The position numbers and the translations under genes are program-made. From NCBI GenBank assembly GCA_949358305.1, contig OX442314.1, positions 3,844,001-3,908,000 of the forward strand: a stretch of DNA of 64,000 nt, written 5' to 3'. The notes under the pieces are model-generated. The model did no database searches, was not told the DNA's origin, and saw only the letters and a list, made by a program, of their open reading frames with translations. The stretch comes from Strigamia acuminata (Eukaryota). Of the stretch, positions 26,852 to 41,886 are shown piece after piece. Numbering within the stretch: position 1 is the first letter of the stretch; the number at the start of each line of letters is the position of its first letter.

Positions 26852-29800
26852 CTTTTAAAAAAATATATAAATTATAAAATTTTAAAAATTTTAAATCCAA
26901 ATTTCTCTTACTGAAATTCTTTCAATTCTTTCTCTTTTAATTCCAACTTACTGCCTGTAATTGGTTGCAATACACCGCAGACTAGCAAAAACTGCAAAAT
27001 CTTCTAAAATCTTCACAAAAATCTCTCAAAATCGACAAAAACCATCCAAAAATCTCGAAAAACCTCCCAGAACCTATAAAGATATGAAAAAAAAATCACA
27101 AAGAATCGATTTCTTTGCAAAAAATGCCAAAAAATTAACCAAAACAAGTAAACACTTATCTGAAATCCTTACATATTGACCTAACACCAATCAGGGCTGT
27201 TTGGACCAATCAAAATTGCCTAGAAAATAAAATAAAACCAAATTAACACAACAAAAATTTAAAAAAAAACTGAAAAAAACTGAAAAAACAAATTCCAAAA
27301 AATGTAGTTTACCTTCTAAGATGTCCTACCTGGCTAAGGTGCAGTTGGGGGTCGTCAACAGGCATTTGGGCGATCTGAAATAGCTAGAAAATAAATTTAA
27401 AAAATAAAAAACACATCAAAATCAATAAAAAAAATTGCCAAATTTGGGAAACTTTAATTTCCAATACAAACAACAAAGAACACAACAAATTCCATCAAAA
27501 AACCACCAAAATCACGAAAAATTATTGCTTAAAACAACCAAACTCACCAGCGAGGCGAGAACGAAACCAACATGGCGGTGTAAAAGAACAAATGCTGGAG
27601 AAAATAAATAAAAACAACAAAAAACTCATCAAATTCCATCAAAAAACCATCGAAATCGTGAAAAATCATCGATCAAAACAACCAAACTCACCGTGTGAGA
27701 TGTCCCGGGTTCCGCCCAGGCATTTGGACGGGCTGAAAGGCATAGAAAAGAAATTAAAACAACAAAACACACATCAAATTCCATCCAAATCGTGAAAAAC
27801 CACAGAAATCGTGAAAAATCATCCCCCAAAACAACCAAACTCACCAGCGAGGCGAGAACGAAACCAACATGGCGGCGGAGGACAACAATTGCTGGAGGCG
27901 CCCCGCTATGCGGTGGCAATCTTGGGAAGGAGGTTAAGGGATGGAGGAGACGAAATCGAGCTTTCTGCACCAATCGCAGCCGCCAACAGGCCCAAGCCCG
28001 CACCCTTTGCCGCTGAATCTAAAGATTTCTTGCACTAGCAAATGATTATTTCAATGCTCATTGGCCAGTTTCTCAAATCTCATTCATTCGGTTGGTTACT
28101 TATTTTTCCCTCCAAATAGTTTTCTCTTCATTGATTGGTCCTTAAAATTCAGTTTCTACTAACTGACACGAGGTGGCGAATAGAGGGCGCTGCTAGAGTA
28201 GAAGAGGCGGCAAATTTGAACGCGCGACAAAAACCATCTTTTAGAAAACCGCTCATCAGTTGCAGTGGTTGCATAAATAAATAAATGAAATGATAATTGA
28301 CGTTAATTCTCAATGTTTTTTTTTTATAAATCTCGACGAAATTTTCAATGTTTTTGATGAATCTCAAACGGTTTTTGTCAGATTTCTACAATTTTTAGTT
28401 CAATTTCTCCAAATTTTTCTCCAATTTCCCCAAATTTTTGTCAAACTTGCCCTAACCTAACGTGCCCTTAACCTAACGTAACCTAACCTAACGTGCCCTT
28501 AACCTAACCTAACCTAACGTGCCCTTAACTTAACGTAACGTAACCTAACCTAACCTAACCTACCGTAAACTAACCTAACCTAACCTAACGTGCCCTTAAC
28601 CTAACCTAACCTAACGTGCCCTTAACCTAACGTAACGTAACCTAACCTAACCTAACCTACCGTAAACTAACCTAACCTAACCTAACGTGCCTTAACGTAA
28701 CATAACCTTACGTGGTCTTGCCTTAACGTAACGTGTCTGTGTCACAAAACGTATTTTTGATTGTAAGAATTTTAATTTTTCTAACTTTGAACGAGATTTT
28801 AAAATGCAAGTTTTTCGAATTAATTGTTGACAATCTTTGAAGTTTTTTTCTCAAATTTTTTTCTTTTTTTCTTTCTTTATTTTATTATTTTATTTAATTT
28901 GCACAAAAATTATTCCCTTTCTTTCTCTCCTCACAAGTCAACACAACAGCCGTCAGTTGAGTTGCCATGGCATTAATCCCCCCTTCCTTTTATTCCCCCT
29001 TCCTTTCCCAATTTGGCCCTTTCTCTCTTGCCTCGTCGGTGACCGCAGCAACTCCGGAAACGAGATCTCAAATGCACTCAAATGAAATGAAATGAAAATT
29101 CCAGAAAACAAAAGATCAAACTTTATTCATTTATTCATTTATTCATTTATTGAATTTATTGCAAGTGGTCAGAATAAAAGTACGTAATATTGTTATCCTT
29201 GTGTTTCCAGAACAAAAGCGAAGTTTTCACTAATGAAATGTGTATTAGAGTCGGCAAATCCAAAACGGACTTGATGGCGTGCAATTGAGCTGTAGTTCGG
29301 GTCTTTCAAACTGATTTATTAATATCACCTTTAGAAAAGAAAACATATAATGTAAAATCGTTTTCATGCAAAACGATTCAATTTTTAAAATATACTCAAC
29401 GGTTAATTTTGAAAATCCCAAAGGCCTTAATCGCTGCCTTAATCGATTTTCGACATGTTCTCTCGCTACAATGCACACTTGTAACAGATTTGTTGTTTAA
29501 TTGTCAACATAAATTGTTACACTCAAAAACGGTTTGGTTGTTTTAACTAAATGTATTTGTAATCAATGTAAATTCAATATCATGTCTGTATGGACACTTA
29601 TCATCCAAAAATTAAAGACAAAACCACAATCAAAATAATAAACAAGCTGTTCAAATATAAGTATCATTTTTAATGATCACGTCATAAATAAATATCGTAT
29701 AGCGGTAACAGTTTTATAAATGCTCTGATAAAACAATGATATTAAATAGAAATTTTAAAAATTATACACATTAATGTGCGTTTGTTCACATAATTAGTGA

Positions 29801-29865
29801 TGACCAGACTCGACAAAAAAATCGAAAAATAAAATTCGAAAAAATAACATGAAATGAAATTTAAG

Positions 29866-32800
29866 TTATGTGACCGATTCTTCGACGACTCGCTGCTTGC
29901 GAGCAAAAGAGAGAAAAACTTGTTCCAGAGTTGCCTGACTCACGGAATAGTCTTCGAGATTAAACAGCGCTTTTGCCTTCTCCATCGACTCGAAGAGGTA
30001 CGCCCATTTGGTCTCTACGTCCCTAATTTGGTAATGCACGAGTCCCTAAAACAAATGAATAGAACTTAATACACAGTTTGCGGCAGCTACTTTTCCCTTA
30101 TGCCGGGACTACTCGATTAAACGCCGGGCACTCAGCGGCAAGTTCAGCAATTGTCGGTGGCATCGAATAAACGCCGGGTCCCAAAAATGGGTGATTTTTC
30201 GCAAAAAGTCGAAGATTTTTGCGAAAGAATGAGCATTTTAAGCAAAAAAATCATCATTTTTAGCAAAAAAACCTCATTTTTTAGCAAAAAGTCATCATTT
30301 TAAACGGAAAATCGGCTATTTTTAGCCAAAAAAATCATCATTTTTAGCCATAAATCATCATTTTTAGCCAAAACTGATCATTTTAAACGAAAAATCGGCG
30401 ATTTTTAGCAAAAAAATCATCATTTTTAGCCATAAATTATGATTTTTGGCTAAAAATGATAATCGTCATTTTAAACGAAAAATCGGCGATTTTTAGCAAA
30501 AAATCAGCATTTTTAGCAAAAAAAAATCATTTTTAGCAAAAAAAAATCATTTTTAGCAAAAAAAAATCATTTTTAGCAAAAAAAAATCATTTTTAGCAAA
30601 AAAAAATCATTTTTAGCAAAAAATCATCATTTTAAACGAAAAATCGGCGATTTTTAGCAAATAATCGGCGATTTTTCAGTTATGCGCCGGGCCCTACTAA
30701 GCGCCGGGCCTCGAATAAGTGCTAGGTGGGGCGAGTCGAAAAAACTATTAAACGCCCCGGCGTTTATTCGAGGCAGTACAGTATATTTCAAATTTCAGAA
30801 AGTAGATCCCGTTTGTTTATAAGAAAAATAAATAAAAACATCGTTTGGAGATCAAAATTGATCCTAGGTAAATGACACAATGTTAATTTAAATCTTTTTT
30901 TTTTATCTTACTTGGTGTATGTCCTGAAGAACGGCACTTGGAAATGTCTGCTCAATGTATGTCTGTAATTCCGTCTGCTTATTTGTCATTAGATTGATGG
31001 TCGAACTAGCACCGGGCTTGAGTTTGGCTAAAACTGTAAACCCCTGACTGAATTTGTTCTTCAGATGCTGGATCGGACCGAAACACTGAAACTGACCGTT
31101 CACCATAATGCCCACTCTGTTGCAGAGCACTTCACATTCCTCCATACTAGAAAATTTGTCCAAAATTAGTCAAAAATTTCATCACTATCATTCACTACAT
31201 TCATTTACCTATGCGAAGTCAAAACAACCGATATTCCCCGCCCGTTAGCGCTTCTTAGAATGTCCCATATTTTTCTCCTGGCGACCGGGTCCACTCCGGT
31301 CGTGGGCTCATCCAAAAATACGACCGGCGGATCTCCGATGAATCCCATGGCTGCACTCAGTTTTCTTTTATTTCCACCGCTAAATAAATAATTTTTTTTT
31401 AAAATAACTTTGTTCTAATCAGTTAAGTCTCTTTATTTCGAATACCTGTAGAAAAGCGTGATTTTATCGGCATGCTCGGTGAGGTCAAAGTCCACGATGT
31501 ACTGATCGACAACCGCCTTTATTTGGGAACTGCAAATTCCACGAAGGTGAGCAAAAACGGTGAGGATTTCTCGTCCGGTCAAGTAATCGATGAGCGCATC
31601 AAATTGCGGGCAATAGCCAACTTGCTTTAAAAACTAAACCAAATATAGTTAGGTTAATGCACTTGGATGGATGAAAAACCTATCGGGGCTTACTTGTCCT
31701 CGCTTGTGCTGTACACTAGACCTGTTAATGTAAGCATCGCCGTGAGTGATGACCAAGTCGCCGGTAAGCATTTGAAATGTGGTCGTTTTGCCAGCGCCGT
31801 TAATTCCCAGCAGGCCAAAACATTCGGCGAAATGAACACCAAAACTCAAATCGTCAACGGCTGCAAAGTTGGAGAATACTTTCCTCAAGTCCTGCACCAC
31901 CATAACATCGGTGTCGATGATGTCTGTATGGAAACGAAAAATGCTCTACAACTTTTCAATTGACATTGTTTCCTTTTAACGTTTGGAACAAACACCTTTC
32001 ATTTACTTGTTAGTACAGGTCAACCCTTGCTATTGCCATCAAACAGTTGGTGATAACCAGAAATCATTGAAGTGAAATAATTTGTAATGGGAGAAATAAG
32101 AACAGGCAAACAACTACCGTATTTTATCGATTAAGAGCCACGGCTCTTATTCAAAACTGCCATTTTTGTCAGCAATTACAATTTCGGTTTTTCGTTTGTT
32201 ACATTTGTTTAATGTAACACACAACCCAGTCTAAAGGTGGAAACACAAGGAAGCAGGTAAAATTCCAAAGCTTGCTAGCACAAGTTTAATGAGGAAGTCA
32301 TTAGCTGCGTTCAATTCTAAAATAGCTTTCTAAAACTTTTTTTCATCGTTTTCCGAAAAGAGTTTTCAACATTGAGCAATGTTATTACCAACAGCTTTCA
32401 ACAGCTTTCAACAGCCACGGAGCATGCTCAGTCTGCACATGATCACATGACAAATCACAAAATGCATTCGTAATGTAAGTTTATTTAAATTAATAGTATT
32501 ATTATTATTCATTTAAGAACGGGAAATCAGCCGAACATCGGCCACATTCGATTGCACAGATCCGGCCAAAATCGGCAGCTTTCAAGCGCGCAAATGCGGC
32601 CGAAAAATTGCCCGCATTCGATCGCGCAAATGCGCCAAAATTGCCCGCATTCGATCGCGCAAATGCGCCAAAATTGCCCGGGTATGCACATATGCAGCCG
32701 CATTTTATCGTTCTTAAAGGCATAATAATTCTACAAATAAATTAAATAAACTTACATTTTTGTGTGTGCTTCCACCGCCGATCTATTCGATTACAAAATG

Positions 32801-35800
32801 GCGGCCCAGGAAAACAATTTGAAAACGACGAAAACCACGAATTTATGGTTTTCATGAAATCGGTTTTTAGGAAAACCGTTTTCCGAAATGTGACGTCAAA
32901 TGCGTCTACATCCTGTGTGGGAAAACGGCGAAAACGAGGAAAACGGGGAAAACTGTTTAGAATTGAACGCACCTATTTACAAGCTCACTTGACCCACTTT
33001 TGGCTTACCAGCCAAAATCTCCTACAAGAATTTCCTCACGATTCTGATTGGCTGTCAAAGTCACATGACCAAAACGCCAGCAAGCTTAAAGCTGGTCAAC
33101 CGAATTCAGTTTGAAAGGAGCGGGTGAGTACAAGATCGCTTCAAAACAAACCTTTGAATAAAAACGCAAGCTTGTGTTTGTTCAAGCAGGTGAGTTTTTA
33201 GCCGTTTTTTCAAGTAAAAGCAAGCTTTTAAATTTTACCCGCTTCCTTGTGTTTCCGCCTTTAAAAGCCCTGGTGTAGTTCACACTTAAATCCCTTTTGT
33301 ACAAAGTCTAATTTCTACACGTTTGTTCTGACTAGGGATGAGAACGGAACCGGAAATGGTCCCGATCCCGGTCCCGGTCCCGCAGCAGGATTTGGGACAG
33401 GACGGGACTGGATGAAACTGTATTCCACGGGATTCGGGACGGGACGGGACTTGTGTATTATGCGTGTAATACGTAATACGTGTGTATTACAACATAATAC
33501 GCGTGTTTTTCAGACCCCGAAAAAGTGAAAATTTCTGGACACGGGACGGTCTGGGACCCGAAAAATTCACAATTTTCGGGACACGGGACGGGTCAGGACT
33601 CAAAAATTGGTCCCGTTCTCATCCCTAGTTCTGACGTGTAGAAAAGCAATAACGTAAACATAAACAACTCACTTGGATCGTGAATTCGCCGCTTTTCCGC
33701 AAGCACATCTTCATCTAACGCATTTCCCAGTCCGTCGAACGTGTTGACATTGTTTCTATTTCCAATCAATTGGTTTTTTCCCCGGCGAATTTTATACCAA
33801 AGCGTGTAGAAAATTCCCTGTTCGATGAGCGCCAAAATACCGAAATACAACACTCCGGTCACAGCCATCATGGTAACTTCCTGACCAATTCCGGGATCAT
33901 CCCACGCGAAATAATTTGGCTTCACATGAGGCAAAGGCAAACCAATAAAACTCATGAAAGCATTTTTAGATGAAAGCTGAACCATTTTCATCAATGCCAC
34001 GGTCACGGTGAAATTCGGTACAAGCCGAAACAGCCACTGAATGTCTCGTCCAATTTCCTTCAACGAATCGGAGCCGAATTGTTGGAACGTGTTGATGGTG
34101 ATGCTCAAAATGATGCCGGCTAGCAAGTTGGCAATCGTCAGACGGCTGAATCCCGTTGCCGGAACCTTGGCCATGAACGAGACGATGTAGGTAAAAGGAA
34201 TCGAACACCAGCCGTACAATATGAGCAGTAAAATCACAACTCCTGCAAATTAAACACAATCAACTGAATAATTGTATGGGATATTGAATGAATATAAGAC
34301 CATGGTGTTATATTCAAATACAACACCATGGTCTTATTTTCGGTGAAAGATGGTTGGCAAAACAAGCAATAAAAAACTAAACCTTTGTTTACCTACCAAA
34401 AAAAAACCAAACTATGCTAACATTGTTTGATTGATTAAAAGTGGAAAAAGCTTACTTTGCAAATTATAAAATAAATAAAATCCATCATTCTAATCACTTT
34501 TTAAACTAAAATACATTGAAAATAAACAGAACTACTTTTCCGCATAGTAGAGCACTGTCCACAGTTAGGCGTAAACTGGCTTAGCCAATAGGAGTTAGGA
34601 CAACGTTGTGGTGGTTTTGAGTATAGGCACAGTTCCTAGGACCTACGAACTAGCAGGGATTCACGAGGCATTCATAAAAAATTGTAATACATGTGCGGTA
34701 AAAATTTCACACAAATGCTTCTAAAAATCAAAGTGCTTAGAGTCTACGAAGGTCTTAAAGTGGCCCTGGGAGTGTGCGCCTGCCTCTCTCATCCTGAGAG
34801 AAAGCTTACTTGCTCAACATTCTTGCCAGTGGGAATCAGCGTTGACAGACGATCAGCCGCAATTAAGTCGATGAACATTACTGCCAACTTAACAGGTGCA
34901 CTCTTTGCTTTATTCTATGGAAAATCAATCTCACCTTAGTCAAACGGCTCGCCTTAAAGGTAGGTTCACACTTGTGTTCACACTAGACCCAACGCAAGAA
35001 AACTGACGCAACGCAAGCTGCTTGCGTCCAAAATTCTTGACATTGAAGCCAATTCCTGCTTTAACTCCCAAGTTGAAGCAAGCGACGCAACGCAAGAAAA
35101 GGTCTTGCAGCCAACCAATCACGATCGACACCAATCACGATCGACTAAAACTCTCATCGATTCACGTCTGGTTGGCGAGACTTTGCCACATCCAAGCAGG
35201 CCGCTATTTTCAGATTCTGCAACTAGTTCTAGAACTAGATCTAATTCCAGGTTTCATTGAAACCATCTGATCAGCCAGACGCAACATCAATTGTTTCAGC
35301 TCTGTTTAAACGTGCCCTACGCGTATTTACAAACTGCAGACGCTACAGGAATCTTTGTGGCCAGGAGTGACTAATGCATCTGACGGAATTATTGACTCAA
35401 AACGGCAAGTTCCCTGCTCAGAGTGCGCTAACCTCATCTCCCTCACCTTAACAGGGTCAAATAAAACAAAACAAAGCAAAACAAATCAAACTAAAACCCT
35501 CACAGGTGATAAATTCAAAAATTCAACGGTGTTTGAGTTATTGATGCATTAGTCATTCCTGGCCACGGATTCCTGAAGCACAGGGATTCCGGTAGCGTCT
35601 GCAGTTTGTAAATGCGCGTGCCCTACAGTGTGGTGAACAGACTCTGCATTGCGTTTGACTAATTTTTCCTTGCATTGATTTGCATCGCCCCTAGTGTGAA
35701 CACAAGTGTAAACACAAGTGTGAACCTAGCTTTATGCTGGGCGCACACATACCGCGATTTCGCATCGCGTTGCCATTGCGCATTCGCAAATGACGTCATT

Positions 35801-38800
35801 TCCTTCGCGCCGGTTTGAAATCTGCTTTTGAAAATAGTACTTGTCTCAAGTACTATTTCACCCGCGATTCATGTCGCAGCCAATCCGTGAGCTGTGTGAA
35901 ATGACGTCATTTCATCAACATTTTCAACCGAAATGGCGGGCAGGTTTTTCGGATCAGGAATGACGTCATAACATTGAAATAGCAAAGCTGGAATAGCTAC
36001 ATGTGTGTAGCATTGCGTGCAATTCAGAGGGCGATTTCGCCAGCGAAATCGCGACGCGATGCGACATCGCGGTATGTGTGCGCCCAGCATAACCCAGTGG
36101 TTCTTAACCTTTTTGGAGAAACCAGCACCCCCTAGGATGCATTGCACCCCTGGTTAAAAACCACTGGCCTACTCCTTTCCCAAATAAAATAATATTTCCT
36201 TTAAAAATTGAAACTAAATAAGATGTTACCAGTTTTCTCTCCGCCAGTGAACGTCCCCGTCTGGTCTACGGTGGAAAAAAGTATCATGAGCAAAATAGAG
36301 CAAATAATGTGCGTAGCATAATCCCAAACGAAAGAAGCGGCCCAGAAAACAGCGCCGTCGACGCCGGTCATGAGTTGCAGATGTTTGGACTTGGTGGCCC
36401 GCTCGTGGATCGGAAACACGATGAACGACGAAGAGAGAAACGAAAGCCCGACCGGCACAAACACGCCCAGCATGATCGACTTCACCATCTGTATGATGGC
36501 GGCGATGGGGAAGTTGCTCTTCTGGTCCGTCTCCAAAGGCGCGTTCTCGACGACCAACGACACGTTTTCCGTCTTGTTGTAATGTCTCGCCATCGCGTTG
36601 TGCAACAAATTGAGCGCTAGCGGTTCGGTGTGGTAGAAGAGCCCGTTGTACCACAAGTTCATCTTGGTTTTGTCGCCGGACTCGCTGAAATTGGCTCCGA
36701 CGATGTATTTGTTGGAATAATCGATGAAGTGCTTCTGGCTGAGTTCCTTCAGGTAGTCCATGGCGTCGCCGCTGACGTTGACGAACGTGGTGTCTGTCGG
36801 GAACGAGGAATGGTAATAGTATTCGTAATCTTCGTTGAGGTTTTTTTGGAAAACCGTGGTGGCGCCGTACTGCGATATGTCCATGGTTAATGCGGGTAAG
36901 GAGGTGGGAGTTAAATCCAGTCTGTTGTTGACTATCAGGACGGTTGTTATCATTATGACTGGTAAAAGAATCTGTTGAAATAGAATAAGTTAAATTATAT
37001 GAATTGTTGAATTATAATTTCATATAATATTCATATATATTTCAATATATGTCAATTATATTGAAATTGTTGAAATAATAATAATATTGTTGAAATTGTA
37101 TTTTTTATTGGTGAAATTGTATTTTTTATTGTTGAAATTGTATTTTTTATTGTTGAAATTGTATTTTTTATTGTTGAAATTGTATTTTTTATTGTTAAAA
37201 TTGTATATTTTATTGTTGAAATTGTATTTTTTATTGTTAAAATTTTATTTTTTATTGTTGAAATTGAAATCGCCAATTTGGCACAAAATCTTTTAAAAAT
37301 CGCCAATTTGGGACAAAATCCTTTAAAATCGCCAATTTGAGACAAAATCTTTTAAAAATCGCCAATTTGGGACAAAATCTTTTAAAAATCGCCAATTTGG
37401 GACAAAATCTTTTAAAAATCGCCAATTTGGGACAAAATCTTTTAAAAATCGCCAATTTGGGACAAAATCTTTTAAAAATCGCCAATTTGGGACAAAATCT
37501 TTTAAAAATCGCCAATTTAGCACAAAATCTTTTAAAAATCGCCAATTTAGGACAAAATCTTTTAAAAATCACCAATTTGGGACAAAATCTTTTAAAAATC
37601 GCCAATTGGGAGCTCGTCTATGCAGTCCCCATTTAATGGTTATGCCCATCTTCGATTTGATCATCGCCAATTTTTTCTTACTTGAGCTAACAGCAAGACC
37701 CAACGGCGTTTCGAATAATACCATCGTTTCAAGAGCAACGCCGTAAACGGTTGCATCCACGAATTAAAACCCGTTGATCGTTGGATGCCGCTCACTCCGT
37801 TTCCAACTGCAACTGCAAAAATCAAATTTAAAAAAACAACACTTTATTTATTATTATTTTTTACAATATATTTACCATAATTACCAGTATAATGAAGTAA
37901 ATTAGCGTCCGATTGATTTTGCTGGATCACGCCGTTGTTGACGCTGCTGCCGCTGCTTTCCTTGACGCTTTCGCCAACCTTGAGAAAAACTTCTTCCATC
38001 GTGGTGACGCAAATGCCGAAGTTATTCATGCCGAGTTTTGGCGCGTTTGATTCGAGGTGCTTAAACATGTCGGCGAATGTGTTCGAGGATTCCGAAGGAA
38101 GGATGAGACTTAGTTCGGTCGCGTTGTCGGATTTTATCACGACCCCCGGAACGTGTTGCTGCACCAACGCGCAAATGCGGTTTACATCGCAATGGTCGGC
38201 TTTGCTGATATTCAAATGGTATCCGGCACCTAGAAATTAATCGTTTGGAAAATGTAATGGCATTTTTAAACGTGTGCTAAATAAACATGGAAAAACATTT
38301 TTAAAAAAAAATTGAAAAGTACTGAATAAAATGTTGACAAATGTTGAATAAATATCGAAGAGTGTTGGATAAATTTTGAGAAATGAAAAATAAATGGAGG
38401 AAAACGTAGAATTAACGTTAAGAAACATTGGAAAACATTAGAAAACATTGAAAAAACATTTAAAACGTTGGAAAATATTGAAAATCATTAATAAAACATT
38501 AAAAACGTTAGAAAATATTGAAAAACATTGATAAAACATTGAAAAAACATTAAAAACATTGAAAAAACATTGATAAACCATTGAAAAATATTGAAAATCG
38601 TTAATAAAACATTGAAAAAACATTGAAAACATTGGGAAACATTAAAAAAACATTGAAAAAACATTGAAAACATTGAAAAACATTGATAAAACATTGAAAA
38701 AACATTGAAAACGTTGAAAAATACTGAAAAACATTGATAAAACATTGAAAAAACATTAAAAACGTTGGAAAACATTGGAAAACATTGGAAAAACATTGGA

Positions 38801-41800
38801 AAACATTGAAAAAACATTGAAAACGTTGGAAAATATTGAAAATCATTAATAAAACATTGAAAAAACATTGATAACATTGGAAAACATTGAAAAAACATTA
38901 GAAAACATTGAAAAAACATTGAAAAACATTGAAAAAACATTGTTAAAACATTGAAAAAACGTTGAAAAAACGTTGAAAAAACATTGAAAACATTGGAAAA
39001 CATTGAAAAAACATTGGAAAACATTGAAAAACATTGGAAAACATTGAAAAAACATTGATAAAACATTGAAAAAACATTGAAAACGTTGGAAAATATTAAA
39101 AATCATTAATAAAACATTGAAAAAACATTGAAAACATTGGGAAAACATTGATAAAACATTGAAAAAACATTGAAAACATTGGGAAAACATTGATAAAACA
39201 TTGAAAAAACATTGAAAAGATTGAATAAGCAAAATTACCGTATCTTTTCTTCAAAAACAGCGGAGAACCGCAACACTCAATCTGCCCTCGTGCCATAATA
39301 GCGATCCTATCGCCCAGCACATCGGCCTCTTCCATGAAATGCGTGCTCAAAATAATGCACCGATCCTTCCTAGCTTCCTGCAGCAACTCCCAGATGGCTC
39401 TCCTCGCTTCCGGGTCCATCCCCGACGTCGGTTCATCCAACATAACTATCTAAAACCCAAAAAAAAAATCATTCCCAAACTAAAACACAAACAAAACAAA
39501 AAATACTTTTGGATTTCCAATCAGAGCGATTCCCAAATTCAACTTCCGCTTCATTCCGCCGGACAACTGCATGGCAAGCGTGTTCCTCTTGTCCCACAGC
39601 TGCAGTTTGTGCATCAGGTTTGTCACTTCCGTGTTGAGTTTCTTGGCCGAATTGATCTTGAGTTGTCCGAAAAACTTGAGGTGTTCGACCACCGTGAGCG
39701 TGCTGAACAGCATGTTGTGTTGGGGACACAGGCCGAGGTTCTCGCGAGCGAAGTCGATGTTGGTTCGTATGTCGTATCCGTTCACGATGGCCGTTCCGCT
39801 CGTGGGGGGGAACATTCCCGTCAGAATGGACATCGTGGTGGTTTTCCCGGCGCCGTTGTGACCGAGTAGAGCCGTTATTTGGCCCTCGTAGATGTTGAGA
39901 CTCAAATTGTCCACGGCGGTTTTTCCTTTGCCGTAATTCTGGGGACGAGAAAAAATTAATTTGACTGGAAAATCAGTTTAAATATTTATGTTTCAATCGT
40001 GTGATGATGTTCTGGCATGTTTTATACGCAAAAAAAAATGAAAAACGCACTTTTTAGGCACGAAATGACTGCAAAAGTGGAAAAATCACTTTTTAGACGT
40101 AGAAATTAAATTTTTTTTAACCTGAAAATTTATTTTTAAGCAATAAATTCACTTTTCAGACGCTTAAATTTAATTTTTACGTGCAAAAAACCAAATACTT
40201 AAACAAAAATCAACTTTTTCCCATAAAAATGGCATATTTCGCGTAGAAAAATTCACTTTTAGACACATAATCGACCCTTTTACACCCAAAACCAAACTTT
40301 CCATGTGAAAATAAAATTACTTTAGTTAAATTTCTTATTGCAATAGCCGTATCGAGACCGCTCGGTTCCTTTTCAAAGTTCATCGAGTTTAAATTATCAA
40401 CGTCACCTTCTTCCGAATGCATCTGTTCGATTCTGCACCAATAATCCTTCTGCAAAAAAAATAAATAAATAAAATAAAAATAATATAAATAACTTTTCTC
40501 AAAAATAATTACCGTGAATAAAAAATACCAAGGTTTTCCAACCCCGTAAATCCCAGGAAACACATTGTCCAAATACCACGTTAAACCGCCATAGAGAAAA
40601 ATATCGATAATAAACATCATAATTATATACGCCATCGTTAGATCGTCGCCTTGGTAACTCGGTTCGTTTAAATTAGTCCAATTAATCCCGATACCTGCAA
40701 TTATCGATTCGTTTATTCAATAAAACCTAATTAAACTGAATTAAATTAAAACAACTCACTTCGGCCTTCGAAAGCGACGATAAAGCGAACCGCCCACGCC
40801 ATCGCCATGTTTGGGAAAATGGCGACGAGCAGTTTCGATGAAACATTCAAATCGTGGTAGCTTCGAGACATTAAATTGAACGGGATGGAGAAGGTGAGCA
40901 CCCAGGCGAGCACCCCGATGGCCGTGGCGATCGTGGCTGTGAAAATTAATTTTAATTTTAATTGTAATTTTGATTTTATTTAGATTTTATTCCGCGTACG
41001 TTTTGAAAAGAAGCAGGAAATGAAGAAACAAAAGAAAATGGCGCTCGTGATGTATAAAACGAAAATAAATAATATTAATTCGGGAGATGAGTAAGATAGG
41101 ACCGAGTATTCTTGCAGTTTGGAACACAAAAAGAAGACGATTATAATAGAGCTGATTAGCATCATGACGAATGAACTAATGAACCAGCCGATCCATTGCA
41201 GCCAGCCGGGTAGACCCATCAGTTTCATTAATTCCTGAAACATTAAATTCGACATTTTTAGTATTTTTCAGATTTTGAAAATTTAAAATTGAAAAGAAAA
41301 AAATTTAAAAAAAAAAAAACGGAATTTATTCAATTGTGTTGACTCAATGTTTTGATTAAAACGAGTCATTAATAAAGATAAGCAACTGTTGATAGATGAA
41401 GGAGATAAAACAAACTGTAATAGTCTTTTATAAACGAAGTTCTGATAAAATTAAATCAGAATTTCATTTGTTTTTGTTATTTTTCAATTTTTTTTCGTTT
41501 ATTTTCAATTTTTTTCAATTTTTTCTCTCCCTAAAAATGATAATTTAATTTATTTCGTAAATAAATAACCTATCACCTTAACACCCATTTCCTTTTCCCC
41601 CACAATGTATTTAATGAGCGTCGGCGAAATAAAGACGAAACTGAGAACGAGAAAAAGCGGCAACGTATTCTGAAGAAAATCTGAAAAACAGTTATCCTTA
41701 TAATAAGGTGGGTAGGGAAATTTTTGCGTCGTTATCTAAAAAACAAAAAATAAAATAAATAAATATATCTTTTTTAAAATTTTTTAACTATTTACCTCGA

Positions 41801-41886
41801 ATTGAGACGAATCAAAGCTGCTAGAAGTTAATTCCATAAACCGTAAAGCGATATTATGTTGTAGAATCATAAACGTTTCGTAATAA
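29866..41886 (-). CDS. ABCA3: ABCA3-like ABC transporter, copy 3 (17 exons, N-terminus not found)
   Basis: Exons 41796-41886, 41577-41735, 41000-41234, 40760-40936, 40513-40694, 40321-40449, 39507-39938, 39239-39449, 37876-38229, 37682-37812, 36230-36971, 33673-34242, 31694-31923, 31446-31633, 31209-31379, 30912-31146, 29866-30045. Same peptides as copy 2 apart from QSNAN>QSDAN. Confidence 0.9.
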